Source of the DNA: an uncultured Gemmatimonadales bacterium
GTDB taxonomy: Bacteria > Gemmatimonadota > Gemmatimonadetes > Longimicrobiales > RSA9
Length of the DNA stretch: 64,000 nt
NCBI GenBank assembly: GCA_963783305.1
Contig: CAWAMW010000007.1
Span: forward strand, 591,511-655,510
Direction: 5' to 3'
Below, one piece after another: positions 39,587 to 48,524 of the stretch (positions are counted from its first letter, which is position 1; every line of letters starts with the position of its first letter). The position numbers were made by a program, and so were the translations under genes. Below the pieces are notes generated by a model. The model had not been told where the DNA came from and did no database searches. It saw only the letters and a list, made by a program, of their open reading frames with translations.

Positions 39587-39616
39587 AAAGTTCGGTGATC
39601 TCCTGTTCTGTGTCAA
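39587..39616 (-). promoter_or_regulatory. Putative sigma70 promoter for yceD-rpmF-plsX-fab
   Basis: TTGACA (39616-11), 18-bp spacer, AACTTT (39592-87). The ATG lies 7 nt further downstream. Confidence 0.4.
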
Positions 39617-39617
39617 C

Positions 39618-39886
39618 GGCTCGCCTTCGGCTCGCGGGGAGCGGCCTGTCGGCCGCGGGGGACGGCCTCTGGCCGTGGAGGACTCGCTTCGCTCGTGGGG
39701 GGCTCGCTTCGCGAGCGGAACAGTCAACAGCCTGCTCCGACCACAGGCCGTCCCCCGCGAGACCGCAGGCCGAGCCCTCCGCGGCCGAAGGCCGCCCCCC
39801 GCGAGGCCGCAGGCCGAGCTCTCCGCAAGCCGAAGGCCGCCCCCGCGAGGCCGCAGGCCGAGCTCTCCGCAAGCCGAAGGCGAGCC
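39618..39886. repeat. REP/MITE-like composite repeat
   Basis: Perfect 15-bp terminal inverted repeat (GGCTCGCCTTCGGCT 39618-32 and AGCCGAAGGCGAGCC 39872-86). Three direct 44-45-bp units start at 39745, 39789 and 39834. One degenerate inverted unit at 39618-39668. Confidence 0.8.
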
Positions 39887-40302
39887 TACCCGATCACATC
39901 CGCTTCGGCGAAGAAGAACGGGATCTCGCGCGCGGCGGTCTCGGGAGCATCGGAAGCGTGGATCGAGTTGCGGCCCTTCGATTCGGCGAAGCGGGCGCGC
40001 ACGGTTCCCTCTTCGGCTTCGGCCGGATCCGTGGCGCCGATCACTTCGCGAAGCTCGGCGATAGCGTCCTCGCGCTCCAGCAGCACCGGGAACACGGGGC
40101 CGGAGGTCATGAACTCCACCAGCTCCGCATAGAACGGCCGCTCCTTGTGAACCGCATAGAACTCCCGGGCCTGCGACTCGGCGAGGCGCAGGCTGCGGAT
40201 GGCGCGGATCCGGAAGCCGGCCTCTTCCAGGTGGGCCAGGATCCGACCGGTGAGGTTCCGCTCGGTGGCGTCGGGCTTGATGATGGCGAGTGTCTGTTCC
40301 AT
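39886..40302 (-). CDS. ndk: Nucleoside diphosphate kinase
   Basis: TLAIIKPDA, FYAVHKERPF, FMTSGP, GTVR, NSIHASD. Confidence 0.97.
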   Translation of the reverse strand: MEQTLAIIKPDATERNLTGRILAHLEEAGFRIRAIRSLRLAESQAREFYAVHKERPFYAELVEFMTSGPVFPVLLEREDAIAELREVIGATDPAEAEEGTVRARFAESKGRNSIHASDAPETAAREIPFFFAEADVIG

Positions 40303-40312
40303 GGGCTTCTCT

Positions 40313-41191
40313 CTATGCGCGTCCGAAGAGTTTACGGATGATGTCTCTGCGATAAACCATGCCGGCGATGGAGCCGGCGTTCACGACCGGGAGCTGTTCC
40401 ACATCCTTGTTGATCATCATGCTGGCCACCTCCCCGACCCCGAGCTCTTCGGAGACGCAGAGAACGGACCGCGTCATGATGTCCCGTACAGGCATGTCCT
40501 GCGGGGTCTTGCCGCTGTCCTCGTGCTCGCCCGCGCGCGGGATCTGTGGCAGGAGGGCGCGCATGATGTCGGAGTCGGTGACCATGCCGAGCACCTCCCC
40601 CTTCTCCCCGACCACGGGCACCGCCTGGAGCCTGCGCCGGAGCATGAGGTCGAGGGTGCGGCGGACGGTGAAGTCCGGGGGCACGGAGTGGATCCGCTGG
40701 GTCATGACGTCGCGGACCATGAGGCTGTGCTGGATGCGGAGTTCCTGGAGCTGTGGCAGGGCCCGGACGCTGTCTGCATCGGGCTGCCGTGTCAGCTCGT
40801 CGACGATGCCCTCCTGGCGGAATAGCCGGGCGAGGGTGCTTGTGGCCTGGAGGTAGAGTGTGGCGGCTTCGGGTGGACCGACGATGAGCGCTACCACGCG
40901 GACGGTCCCATCCGAGTCGGGGCCCAGGGGAATCGGATCCGGCGCGATGCCCAGGGCCAGCCCGAGGGTCGTCACGGCGTCGGAGCGGAAGTGCGGGAGC
41001 ACCACCTCATGGGTGATGCCGATGACGTCCCTGGTGGGCTGATCGGCCACGCGCTGCTCGAGGGCGTCCAAATCCTCCACCACGCCGGACTCGTGGAGTC
41101 GGCGAGCGAGGACACCGATGGCGGCGCGGAGGTCGGGCGCCCGCAGGGGCACCACAATGTGCTCCTGCGGGAGCAGGTCCAGGAGGTCCAT
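40313..41191 (-). CDS. PTS EIIA (Ntr/Fru-type) domain fused to a CBS pair
   Basis: N-terminus has VVLPHFRS and LALGIAPDPI...DGTVRVVALIVGP. C-terminus has VRDVMT...VPVV...GMVTDSD and VRDIMT...LPVV...GMVYRRD. Confidence 0.8.
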   Translation of the reverse strand: MDLLDLLPQEHIVVPLRAPDLRAAIGVLARRLHESGVVEDLDALEQRVADQPTRDVIGITHEVVLPHFRSDAVTTLGLALGIAPDPIPLGPDSDGTVRVVALIVGPPEAATLYLQATSTLARLFRQEGIVDELTRQPDADSVRALPQLQELRIQHSLMVRDVMTQRIHSVPPDFTVRRTLDLMLRRRLQAVPVVGEKGEVLGMVTDSDIMRALLPQIPRAGEHEDSGKTPQDMPVRDIMTRSVLCVSEELGVGEVASMMINKDVEQLPVVNAGSIAGMVYRRDIIRKLFGRA

Positions 41192-41213
41192 GAGAGGCGG
41201 GTGGAGCCGACCG

Positions 41214-42095
41214 CTACAGGACCTTTCGGATCAGTTCGACCACGTCTGATGGCCGCTTCATGACGGAGATGCCGTTGTCTTCGAAGGCCTGCATCTTCTC
41301 CTCGGCGGTACCCGCGGAGCCGCTGATGATGGCGCCCGCGTGACCCATCCGGCGGCCGGGAGGCGCGGTCTGGCCGGCGATGAAGCCGACGACCGGCTTG
41401 CTCATGTGCTCCTTCACGTACTTCGCGGCGTCCTGTTCGTCGGTGCCGCCGATCTCGCCGATCATGACGACGGCCTCGGTCTCGTCGTCGGCCTCGAACG
41501 CCTCGAGGGTGTCGATGAAGTTGGTGCCGATGATGGGGTCACCGCCGATTCCGATGCAGGTGGACTGGCCGATCCCCGCCTGCGTCAGCTGGTAGACCAC
41601 CTCGTACGTCAGGGTCCCCGAGCGCGACACGACGCCGACCTTCCCCTCCTTGACGATGGAGCCGGGCATGATCCCGACCTTTGCCTTTCCGGGGGACAGC
41701 GCGCCGGGACAGTTGGGGCCGAGCAGCCGGGCCCCACGCTCCTTCACGAATGGATAGACGCGGGTCATGTCGAGGACGGGCACGCCCTCGGTGATGGCCA
41801 CGATGAACCCGATGCCCGCCTCCGCCGCCTCCATGATGGCGTCGGTGGCGAAGCGCGGCGGCACATAGATGACCGTCGTGTTGGCGCCCGTCTCCTTCAC
41901 GGCCTGATCCAGGCTGTCGAAGATGGGCACGCTCCCGGCGCCGTTCCCGTCGAAGGTCTGTCCGCCCTTCCCCGGCGTGACGCCCGCCACGACCTTCGTG
42001 CCGTACTCCATCATCTGCTGGGTATGGAAGGACCCGTCGCGACCGGTGATCCCCTGGACCACCAGTCGGGTGTCGCTATCAATGAAAATCGCCAT
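41214..42095 (-). CDS. sucD: Succinyl-CoA synthetase alpha subunit
   Basis: [33 protein letters not shown]. Confidence 0.97.
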   Translation of the reverse strand: MAIFIDSDTRLVVQGITGRDGSFHTQQMMEYGTKVVAGVTPGKGGQTFDGNGAGSVPIFDSLDQAVKETGANTTVIYVPPRFATDAIMEAAEAGIGFIVAITEGVPVLDMTRVYPFVKERGARLLGPNCPGALSPGKAKVGIMPGSIVKEGKVGVVSRSGTLTYEVVYQLTQAGIGQSTCIGIGGDPIIGTNFIDTLEAFEADDETEAVVMIGEIGGTDEQDAAKYVKEHMSKPVVGFIAGQTAPPGRRMGHAGAIISGSAGTAEEKMQAFEDNGISVMKRPSDVVELIRKVL

Positions 42096-42170
42096 CTCGA
42101 TCCGCCTCGTTCTCAGTATCCGTTACGCAGTTGGCCCGGCCGTGCTGGCGCGAGCGAAGTGTGAGCTCCC

Positions 42171-43301
42171 CTAGCTCGCCAGCTCCACGGCGCGCTTCAC
42201 AACCTCGTCCATCGAGGTGGACGCGCTGAATCCGCGGTCCTCGAGGATCTTTACACCCTCCGCCTCATTGGTGCCGGTCAGACGGATCACGAGCGGGAGG
42301 TCGAAGTCCATCTCGTCCATGGCGGCGACAATGCCGTTGGCCACGTCGTCGCACCGGGTGATACCGCCGAAGATGTTGAACAGGATCACTTTCACGTTGG
42401 GGTCGCTCGTGATGATCTCGAGCGCGCTGATCACCTTCTCCGGGCTGGAGGACCCGCCAATGTCCAGGAAGTTGGCCGGCTCGCCGCCGTAGAACTTGAT
42501 CAGGTCCATGGTCGCCATGGCCAGGCCGGCGCCGTTCACGACCGCGCCAATGTTCCCGTCGAGCTTGATATAGGTCAGGCTGGCCTCGCGGGCCTTGATC
42601 TCGGAGGGCGGCTCGGAGGACGTGTCGCGAAGCTCCTCGATCGCCGGCTTCCGGAACAGCTCGTTGTCATCGACGTTCATCTTCGCGTCGATGGCCTTCA
42701 CCTCGCCGGAGGGCGTGGTGATGAGGGGGTTGATCTCGGCCAGCGACGCGCCCGCGTCCATGAAGGCCTCGTACAACTGCCCCATGGCCTTCGCGGCCGC
42801 GCGCTGCTGCTTCACGTCGTCGTAGAGGCTCGCGGCCAGCCAGTACGCCTGGAAGGGCAGCAGCCCGTAGCGCGGGTCCACCGTCAGGCGGCGGATCGCT
42901 TCCGGGTTCTTGTCGGCCACCTCTTCGATGTCGATTCCGCCCTCGCGACTGACCATGAACACCGGCCGCTTGCTCGCCCGGTCCACGATCACGCCCACGT
43001 ACGCCTCGCTCGCGATCTCCTCGGCCGGCGTGATCAGGACCTTGTCCACCGTGAGGCCCTTGATCTCCATCCCGAGAATGTTCTGCGCGTGCGACCGCGC
43101 CTCGTCGGCGTTCTTCGCGAACTTCACCCCGCCGGCCTTGCCGCGCCCGCCGGCGTGGACCTGCGCCTTCACCATGACGGGGCCGCCGTACTTCTCGGCC
43201 AGGGCTTTCGCCTCGTCGGGAGTACGCGCGATCTCGCCCGGGGGTACGGGGAGTCCGTGTTCGCGGAAGATGTCCTTCGCCTGGTACTCGTGGATATTCA
43301 T
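42171..43301 (-). CDS. sucC: Succinyl-CoA synthetase beta subunit
   Basis: MNIHEYQAK, KAQVHAGGRGKAGGV, EINPL, NGAGLAMATMD, NIFGGITRCD. Confidence 0.97.
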   Translation of the reverse strand: MNIHEYQAKDIFREHGLPVPPGEIARTPDEAKALAEKYGGPVMVKAQVHAGGRGKAGGVKFAKNADEARSHAQNILGMEIKGLTVDKVLITPAEEIASEAYVGVIVDRASKRPVFMVSREGGIDIEEVADKNPEAIRRLTVDPRYGLLPFQAYWLAASLYDDVKQQRAAAKAMGQLYEAFMDAGASLAEINPLITTPSGEVKAIDAKMNVDDNELFRKPAIEELRDTSSEPPSEIKAREASLTYIKLDGNIGAVVNGAGLAMATMDLIKFYGGEPANFLDIGGSSSPEKVISALEIITSDPNVKVILFNIFGGITRCDDVANGIVAAMDEMDFDLPLVIRLTGTNEAEGVKILEDRGFSASTSMDEVVKRAVELAS

Positions 43302-43306
43302 GTCGT

Positions 43307-44320
43307 CTATACCCGGATCGTCGTTCCAGTTCGTCCTTCCACCACTTCCAGTCCCGCATCGAGGCGCCCGATGTGGGCGGCGTTGCCGCCGCCCTCCACG
43401 AACGCCACGCACGCCTCGACCTTCGGCGCCATGCTGCCCGTTCCCAGCTCACCCGATGCCAGCATCGCGCGCGCCTCCTTCACCGTCAACTCCAACACCA
43501 GCTCCTGCTCCGGCGTGCCGAAGTTGCGGAACACACCGGCCACGTCGGTGAGGATCACGAACTCACCCGCATCAATGTCGCCCGCCAGCACCTGCGCGGC
43601 CCGGTCCTTGTCGATGACCGCGTCCAGCCCCTCGACCCCCAGCTTCGGGTCGATATAGACGGGCGTGCCCCCGCCCCCGGCGGCGATCACGATGGTGCCG
43701 CCCTCCACAAGCTGCCGGATCTGCGCGTGCTCCACGATCCGCACCGGTCGGGGCGAAGCGATCAGGCGCCGCCAGCCGCTGGGCGTCTCCCGCACCGGGA
43801 CTCCGCTCTCCTCGAGCTTGCGCGCGGCCGCCTCGTCCATGGCGCGGCCGATGGGCTTTTCCGGGTTCTGCACCGCCGGATCGTCGCGGTCCACCACTAC
43901 CTGCGTCACGACCGTGACCACCTCCCTACGGACGCCGAAGCGGTCGAGCGCGTTGCGGAGCGACTGCTGGATCATGTAGCCGATCCAGCCCTCCGTGCCC
44001 GCCACCAGCACGCCCACCGGGAGCGGGGGCAGCGCGCCGGCCGCCATCTCGTTGCGACGGAGATCATCGCCGATCTGCGGCCCGTTCCCGTGGACCACGG
44101 CGATCCGCCAGCCCTCGCGCGCCAGCGCCACCAGCGGCTCCAGACTCGAGCGGGTGTGGGCGAACTGCTCATAGATGTCGCCCTTCCCTCCCGCCGGCTG
44201 CAGCGCGTTGCCGCCCAGCGCCACAACGATCGTCCGGGCTCGGCCCGGCGGCGGCATCATAACCCGACCCCCTGGCACCTGCAACCGGACGAGCCAGTGA
44301 ATTCCGCGTCGTTCCGCCAC
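43307..44320 (-). CDS. arcC: Carbamate kinase
   Basis: VVALGGNAL, HGNGPQIG, P.KPIG, GWRR..ASP.P, AVIDKD, GSMAPKVEA. Start is GTG 44320 or ATG near 44260. Confidence 0.92.
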   Translation of the reverse strand: MAERRGIHWLVRLQVPGGRVMMPPPGRARTIVVALGGNALQPAGGKGDIYEQFAHTRSSLEPLVALAREGWRIAVVHGNGPQIGDDLRRNEMAAGALPPLPVGVLVAGTEGWIGYMIQQSLRNALDRFGVRREVVTVVTQVVVDRDDPAVQNPEKPIGRAMDEAAARKLEESGVPVRETPSGWRRLIASPRPVRIVEHAQIRQLVEGGTIVIAAGGGGTPVYIDPKLGVEGLDAVIDKDRAAQVLAGDIDAGEFVILTDVAGVFRNFGTPEQELVLELTVKEARAMLASGELGTGSMAPKVEACVAFVEGGGNAAHIGRLDAGLEVVEGRTGTTIRV

Positions 44321-44327
44321 GTTCTCT

Positions 44328-47051
44328 TCATCGTCCCGACCGCTCCGTGGTTTCGCTGTTCAACCGCTCCAGAAGGGACCGGAGCTCTTCCATGGTCCTG
44401 CCGTAGCCCGCCCAGTCCCCCTCCCGGAGCCGCGCCCCTGCGCGATCGAGCAGGTCGAGCGCCTCGCGGGGCCAGCCGGAACCGGTGCGGGGCGGCTCGG
44501 CACCCGCGGACGGGTCGGTGGGCTCCGCCAGATCGAGCCGCGCCAGCGCCCCCTGCAGCGTCCGTCCCATCCGCACCGTGCGGCCGTCGCTCACCACCAC
44601 GCGCCAGAGCTCGGGAATCGGGTTTTCGTCGGCGCTCAGGAAGATCGGCTGGATGTACACCATGGAGCTGTCCAGCGCCACTACCCGGAGCCGCCCCATG
44701 TCCACGCCGCTCCCGCGCTGCCGGAGGAGCGACAGCTCCGGCGATATCTCCGGGTCCTGTTCGATCACCGCCTGCACCTGACCCGGCCCCGGGATCTGCT
44801 GGTCGCGGGGGAGCTCGAAGAGCGTCAGCTCACCGTAGTGCTCGCCGTCGTTCCGGGCCACCAGGACCGCCGTCATGTTCTGCCGCGCCCTGGCTATGAA
44901 GGGGATCACCGCCAGGAACTCCGCCCGATCGCGCATGGGCACGGGCAGGATCGCGTAGAGGGGGGCGTAGTCGCGGACGCCGCCGCGTCCCGTGGACTCC
45001 TGCGGCCGCTGCCAGACGTCCTGGCCCGCGTAGAACGGTTCGGGTCGCTCCAGGTGGTACTCCTGGAGGATCGCCGCCTGGGTCAGGAACGCCAGCTCCG
45101 GATAGCGCAGGTGCTGGCGGATCTCCGGCGGCATGGCCTCCGCCGACTGGACCAGCCCCGGGAAGACGCGCCGGTACGTGGCCAGGATGGGGTCCTCCGC
45201 CACCGCGTAGATCGACACGGCGCCCGTGACCGCGTCCACCACCGCCTTCACCGACGCCCGCAGATAGCGAGTCTCGCCACGCCCGAGCGAGACCGATCGC
45301 GAGAGCGGATACAGCTCGGAGGTCGTGTAGCCGTCCACGACCCAGACGATGGCACCGTTCCGTATCACAGGGAGCGGATTCGCGTCCCAGGTGAGGAACG
45401 GCGCCACCTCCTGGAGCCGCTCGCGGACGGCGCGCCGGAAGATCAGACGGCTGTCCCGCGACACCTCGCCGCTGAAGAGCAGCGTCTCATCGCCGAACTT
45501 CCACGCGAACGCCAGCACGCGGGCGAAGGAGCTGAGCGGGATCCCTTCCGGGAAATCGAACCCCGGCTGCCCCGTGAACGCTCCATCCCTGCCGGGCACG
45601 ATGATGGCGTACCCTGTCATGGTCTCACCGAAGAACACACTGGGCCGCTCTAGGCCGAGGGAGGCGGGGGCAGCCGGGTCGATGGCGACGGGCTGGAGGT
45701 TCCGCACCCACAGCTCGGGCGCCGTGGCGTCCGTATCGGTGACGCGGGCCAATGCCACCACGGCGCCGAGGCCTCGGATATAGGAGGGGTTCAGGCGCAG
45801 GCTCTGCCAGGTCCGGGCGGCCGGATCGAGCCCGTCCGCCCGGAACTCCCGCACGCCGATCCCCACTTGCCGCTCGCGGCCCTGCTCGCCGTACCGATCG
45901 AAATCGACGCCCGGGAACCAGTAGTAGGGGAAGAGCGACTGGATCTCGTTGAACGTGCGCTCCAGGGGTTCCCGGTCCCAGAGCGGCAGCCGGTCGAGGA
46001 GGGGCTGGAGCCGGCCCGGCTCGGGGCGGGCATCGCGCCGATACGGGAAACGCTCGCGCGCCAGCTCGTCCAGGCCGTACGCGCGACGTGTGAACTCCAG
46101 GTGCCAGGCGATGAAGCGGGCCTCCCGGCTCAACTCGTTGGGCTCGACCTGGAACTTCTGCACGAGCACCGGATACCCCGTCGTCGCGACGAGCCCCGCC
46201 ACCAGCAGCGCCCCGAGTCCCAGCACCGGCGGAAGCAGCACGTTGCGCCACGCGCCGTACACCACCGACCCGGCCGCCCCGAGCGTGAGCACGGCCATGA
46301 GCCAGTACATGGGAAGCCGCGCCTCCACGTCGGTGTATCCGAGGCTGCCGGCCACGCCCGTCCCGTCCACCAGGAGGAAGTAGCGCCCCAGCCAGTACCG
46401 GATCCCCAGCAGGATCAGAAGGGCGGCCACGAGCAGGCCCAGGTGCTGGCGCGCGGGTCGGCTGAAGGACAGCTCGCGCTCCGACCACTGGATCCCGCCC
46501 ACCAGCACGTGGGCGAGCCCCACGAGCGCGATGCTCCAGACGGCCACCAGGATCAGGTAGCCCAGCAGAGCGGCCAGGACGGGGAGAGCGAATACGTAGA
46601 AAGCGATGTCGCGCCCGAACAGCGGGTCCGCGACGTTCCACGGCACATGCCGAATCCAGCTCGCCACCGAAAGCACCATGGCGTCGCCGAACTGAAGCTC
46701 CGCGAGCCACCAGCCGCTCAACCCGGCGATGGCCACGGCCGCCCAGAGCACGTAGTTCCGCGGGATCCGCTCGGCGATCTCCAGGTTCCCGTAGCGCCTG
46801 CGCACCCGGACGGGGCCGAGGTGCCGCGCCGCCCACCAGAGGTTGGCCCACACCAGCGCGCCCGCCAGCAGCGCCGCCACCGTACGGACCCCGAGCGCCA
46901 GCCAGAAGCGCGTCCAGTACGTCGAGAGGTAGCCGAGAGCGTCGTACCAGAGGATGTCCACGTAGAAGTCGACGGCGACGCGACCCAGCACCAGGAGGAG
47001 CAGGGCCGCGCCGGCGACCGCCAGAAGGATCCGTCCGGCGCGTCGCTTCAT
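44328..47051 (-). CDS. UPF0182 family membrane protein
   Basis: DILWYDALGY, DPLFGRDIAFYVF.LP, GYTDV.A.LP, V.PNEL.RE, TRRAYGL, WVVDGYTTS..YP, VKAVVDA.TG. Confidence 0.9.
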   Translation of the reverse strand: MKRRAGRILLAVAGAALLLLVLGRVAVDFYVDILWYDALGYLSTYWTRFWLALGVRTVAALLAGALVWANLWWAARHLGPVRVRRRYGNLEIAERIPRNYVLWAAVAIAGLSGWWLAELQFGDAMVLSVASWIRHVPWNVADPLFGRDIAFYVFALPVLAALLGYLILVAVWSIALVGLAHVLVGGIQWSERELSFSRPARQHLGLLVAALLILLGIRYWLGRYFLLVDGTGVAGSLGYTDVEARLPMYWLMAVLTLGAAGSVVYGAWRNVLLPPVLGLGALLVAGLVATTGYPVLVQKFQVEPNELSREARFIAWHLEFTRRAYGLDELARERFPYRRDARPEPGRLQPLLDRLPLWDREPLERTFNEIQSLFPYYWFPGVDFDRYGEQGRERQVGIGVREFRADGLDPAARTWQSLRLNPSYIRGLGAVVALARVTDTDATAPELWVRNLQPVAIDPAAPASLGLERPSVFFGETMTGYAIIVPGRDGAFTGQPGFDFPEGIPLSSFARVLAFAWKFGDETLLFSGEVSRDSRLIFRRAVRERLQEVAPFLTWDANPLPVIRNGAIVWVVDGYTTSELYPLSRSVSLGRGETRYLRASVKAVVDAVTGAVSIYAVAEDPILATYRRVFPGLVQSAEAMPPEIRQHLRYPELAFLTQAAILQEYHLERPEPFYAGQDVWQRPQESTGRGGVRDYAPLYAILPVPMRDRAEFLAVIPFIARARQNMTAVLVARNDGEHYGELTLFELPRDQQIPGPGQVQAVIEQDPEISPELSLLRQRGSGVDMGRLRVVALDSSMVYIQPIFLSADENPIPELWRVVVSDGRTVRMGRTLQGALARLDLAEPTDPSAGAEPPRTGSGWPREALDLLDRAGARLREGDWAGYGRTMEELRSLLERLNSETTERSGR

Positions 47052-47052
47052 G

Positions 47053-48423
47053 TCAGGGCGTGACGCCCTCGGTCTCCAGCCACCCTTCCATGGTTTGCCG
47101 GATGCGCTCCAGCTGCTCCTCCGTCCGGGCCTCGTAGCGAAGCACCAGCACCGGCTGGGTGTTGGAGGCCCGGAGCAGCCCCCAGCCCCCATCGAACAGA
47201 ACCCGCGCACCGTCCACCGCGATCACTTCGTGATCCGCGGAGAAGTGCTTCACCGCCCGCTCCACGATCCCGAACTTCCGTTCCTCCGGTACCTCGACGC
47301 GGATCTCGGGCGTCGACTGATACTTCGGGAACGCATCGATGAGCTCGGAGAACTGGCGATCGGAGCGCGCGAGCAGGTCCACGAGCCGGCAGGCGGCGTA
47401 CGGCGCGTCGTCGAAGCCGTAGTAATCGTCGGAGAAGCAGATGTGACCGGAGAGCTCGCCGGCCACGGGCGCGCCCGTCTCCTTCATCTTCTCCTTGATC
47501 AGGGAATGGCCGGTCTTCCACATGAGAGGCGTGCCCCCCCGGGCCTGGAGCACCTCAGGCACCGCCTGCGAGCACTTCACGTCGAAGACGAGCGTCTGCC
47601 CCGTGCCGCTCTGGGCCATCACATCCAGTGCGAACATCAGGAGCAGCAGGTCGCCCCGGACGATCCGGCCGTTCTCGTCCACGGCCCCGATCCGGTCGGC
47701 GTCTCCGTCGAAGCCCACGCCCAGCTCCGCACCCTCCTCCTTGACCGTGCGGATCAGGTCCACGATGTACTCGTCCACCGTGGGATCCGGATGATGGTTC
47801 GGAAACGTGCCGTCCGACTCGCAGTAGAGCGGGATCACCTCGGCCCCGATGCCCTCCAGGAGCCGCGTCGCCACGAGGCTCCCCGCCCCGTTGCCGCAGT
47901 CCACCACCACCTTTACCGGCCGCGACAGCTCGAATCGTCCCACCACGTCGCCCACGTATTCATCGAGGACGTCACGCTCTTCCAGCGTCCCGACCCCGTC
48001 CGCATACGTCCCCTCCACGATCCGCCGCCTCAGTCGCTGGATCTGCTCGCCGAAGAAGGACTTGCCTCCCGCCAGCATCTTGAAGCCGTTGTACTCCGGC
48101 GGATTGTGCGACCCCGTGATCTGCATGCCGCCATCGGCGCCCAGACGCTGGACCGCCCAGTAGAGCACCGGCGTGGGGACCGTGTTGATCAGGACCACGT
48201 TCACGCCGGCCTTCCGGAGACCGTCCACCACCGCGGCGGCCAGGGTCGGCGAGCTGGGGCGGTTGTCGTGCCCCACGACGAGCGTCAGTTCGCGGCTCTC
48301 GTCCAGCGAGCGCAGCTCGCTGCCGAACGCCCGCCCGATCGATTCCGGGACGTCGCCGGACAGGTCGTCCGCCACGACGCCACGGATGTCGTATTCCCTG
48401 AAGATATGGTCGCTCAGCGCCAT
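47053..48423 (-). CDS. Phosphomannomutase/phosphoglucomutase (AlgC-like)
   Basis: IFREYDIRG, TGSHNPPEYNGFK, FDGDADR, GELSGH, RASNTQP. Confidence 0.95.
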   Translation of the reverse strand: MALSDHIFREYDIRGVVADDLSGDVPESIGRAFGSELRSLDESRELTLVVGHDNRPSSPTLAAAVVDGLRKAGVNVVLINTVPTPVLYWAVQRLGADGGMQITGSHNPPEYNGFKMLAGGKSFFGEQIQRLRRRIVEGTYADGVGTLEERDVLDEYVGDVVGRFELSRPVKVVVDCGNGAGSLVATRLLEGIGAEVIPLYCESDGTFPNHHPDPTVDEYIVDLIRTVKEEGAELGVGFDGDADRIGAVDENGRIVRGDLLLLMFALDVMAQSGTGQTLVFDVKCSQAVPEVLQARGGTPLMWKTGHSLIKEKMKETGAPVAGELSGHICFSDDYYGFDDAPYAACRLVDLLARSDRQFSELIDAFPKYQSTPEIRVEVPEERKFGIVERAVKHFSADHEVIAVDGARVLFDGGWGLLRASNTQPVLVLRYEARTEEQLERIRQTMEGWLETEGVTP

Positions 48424-48463
48424 TTCGTGCCTCAGTCCTCGTGGTTCGTTGAATCCATCAGTT

Positions 48464-48501
48464 AAAACGGCCCGAGCCCCGTTCTCGGGGCCCGGGACCG
48501 T
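48464..48501 (-). terminator. Intrinsic terminator after nuoN
   Basis: Minus strand ACGGtCCCGGGCCCC-gagaac-GGGGCTCGGGCCGT followed by TTT. Confidence 0.6.
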
Positions 48502-48524
48502 CAGCGGCTCGTGTTCAGTTCCAG

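Noticed and set aside
39745..39886. Possible CRISPR array
   Set aside because: The units are directly adjacent with no unique spacers, and there are no cas genes.
39561..40341. ORFs crossing the repeat element
   Set aside because: The translations merely reflect the DNA repeat and overlap ndk or yceD.
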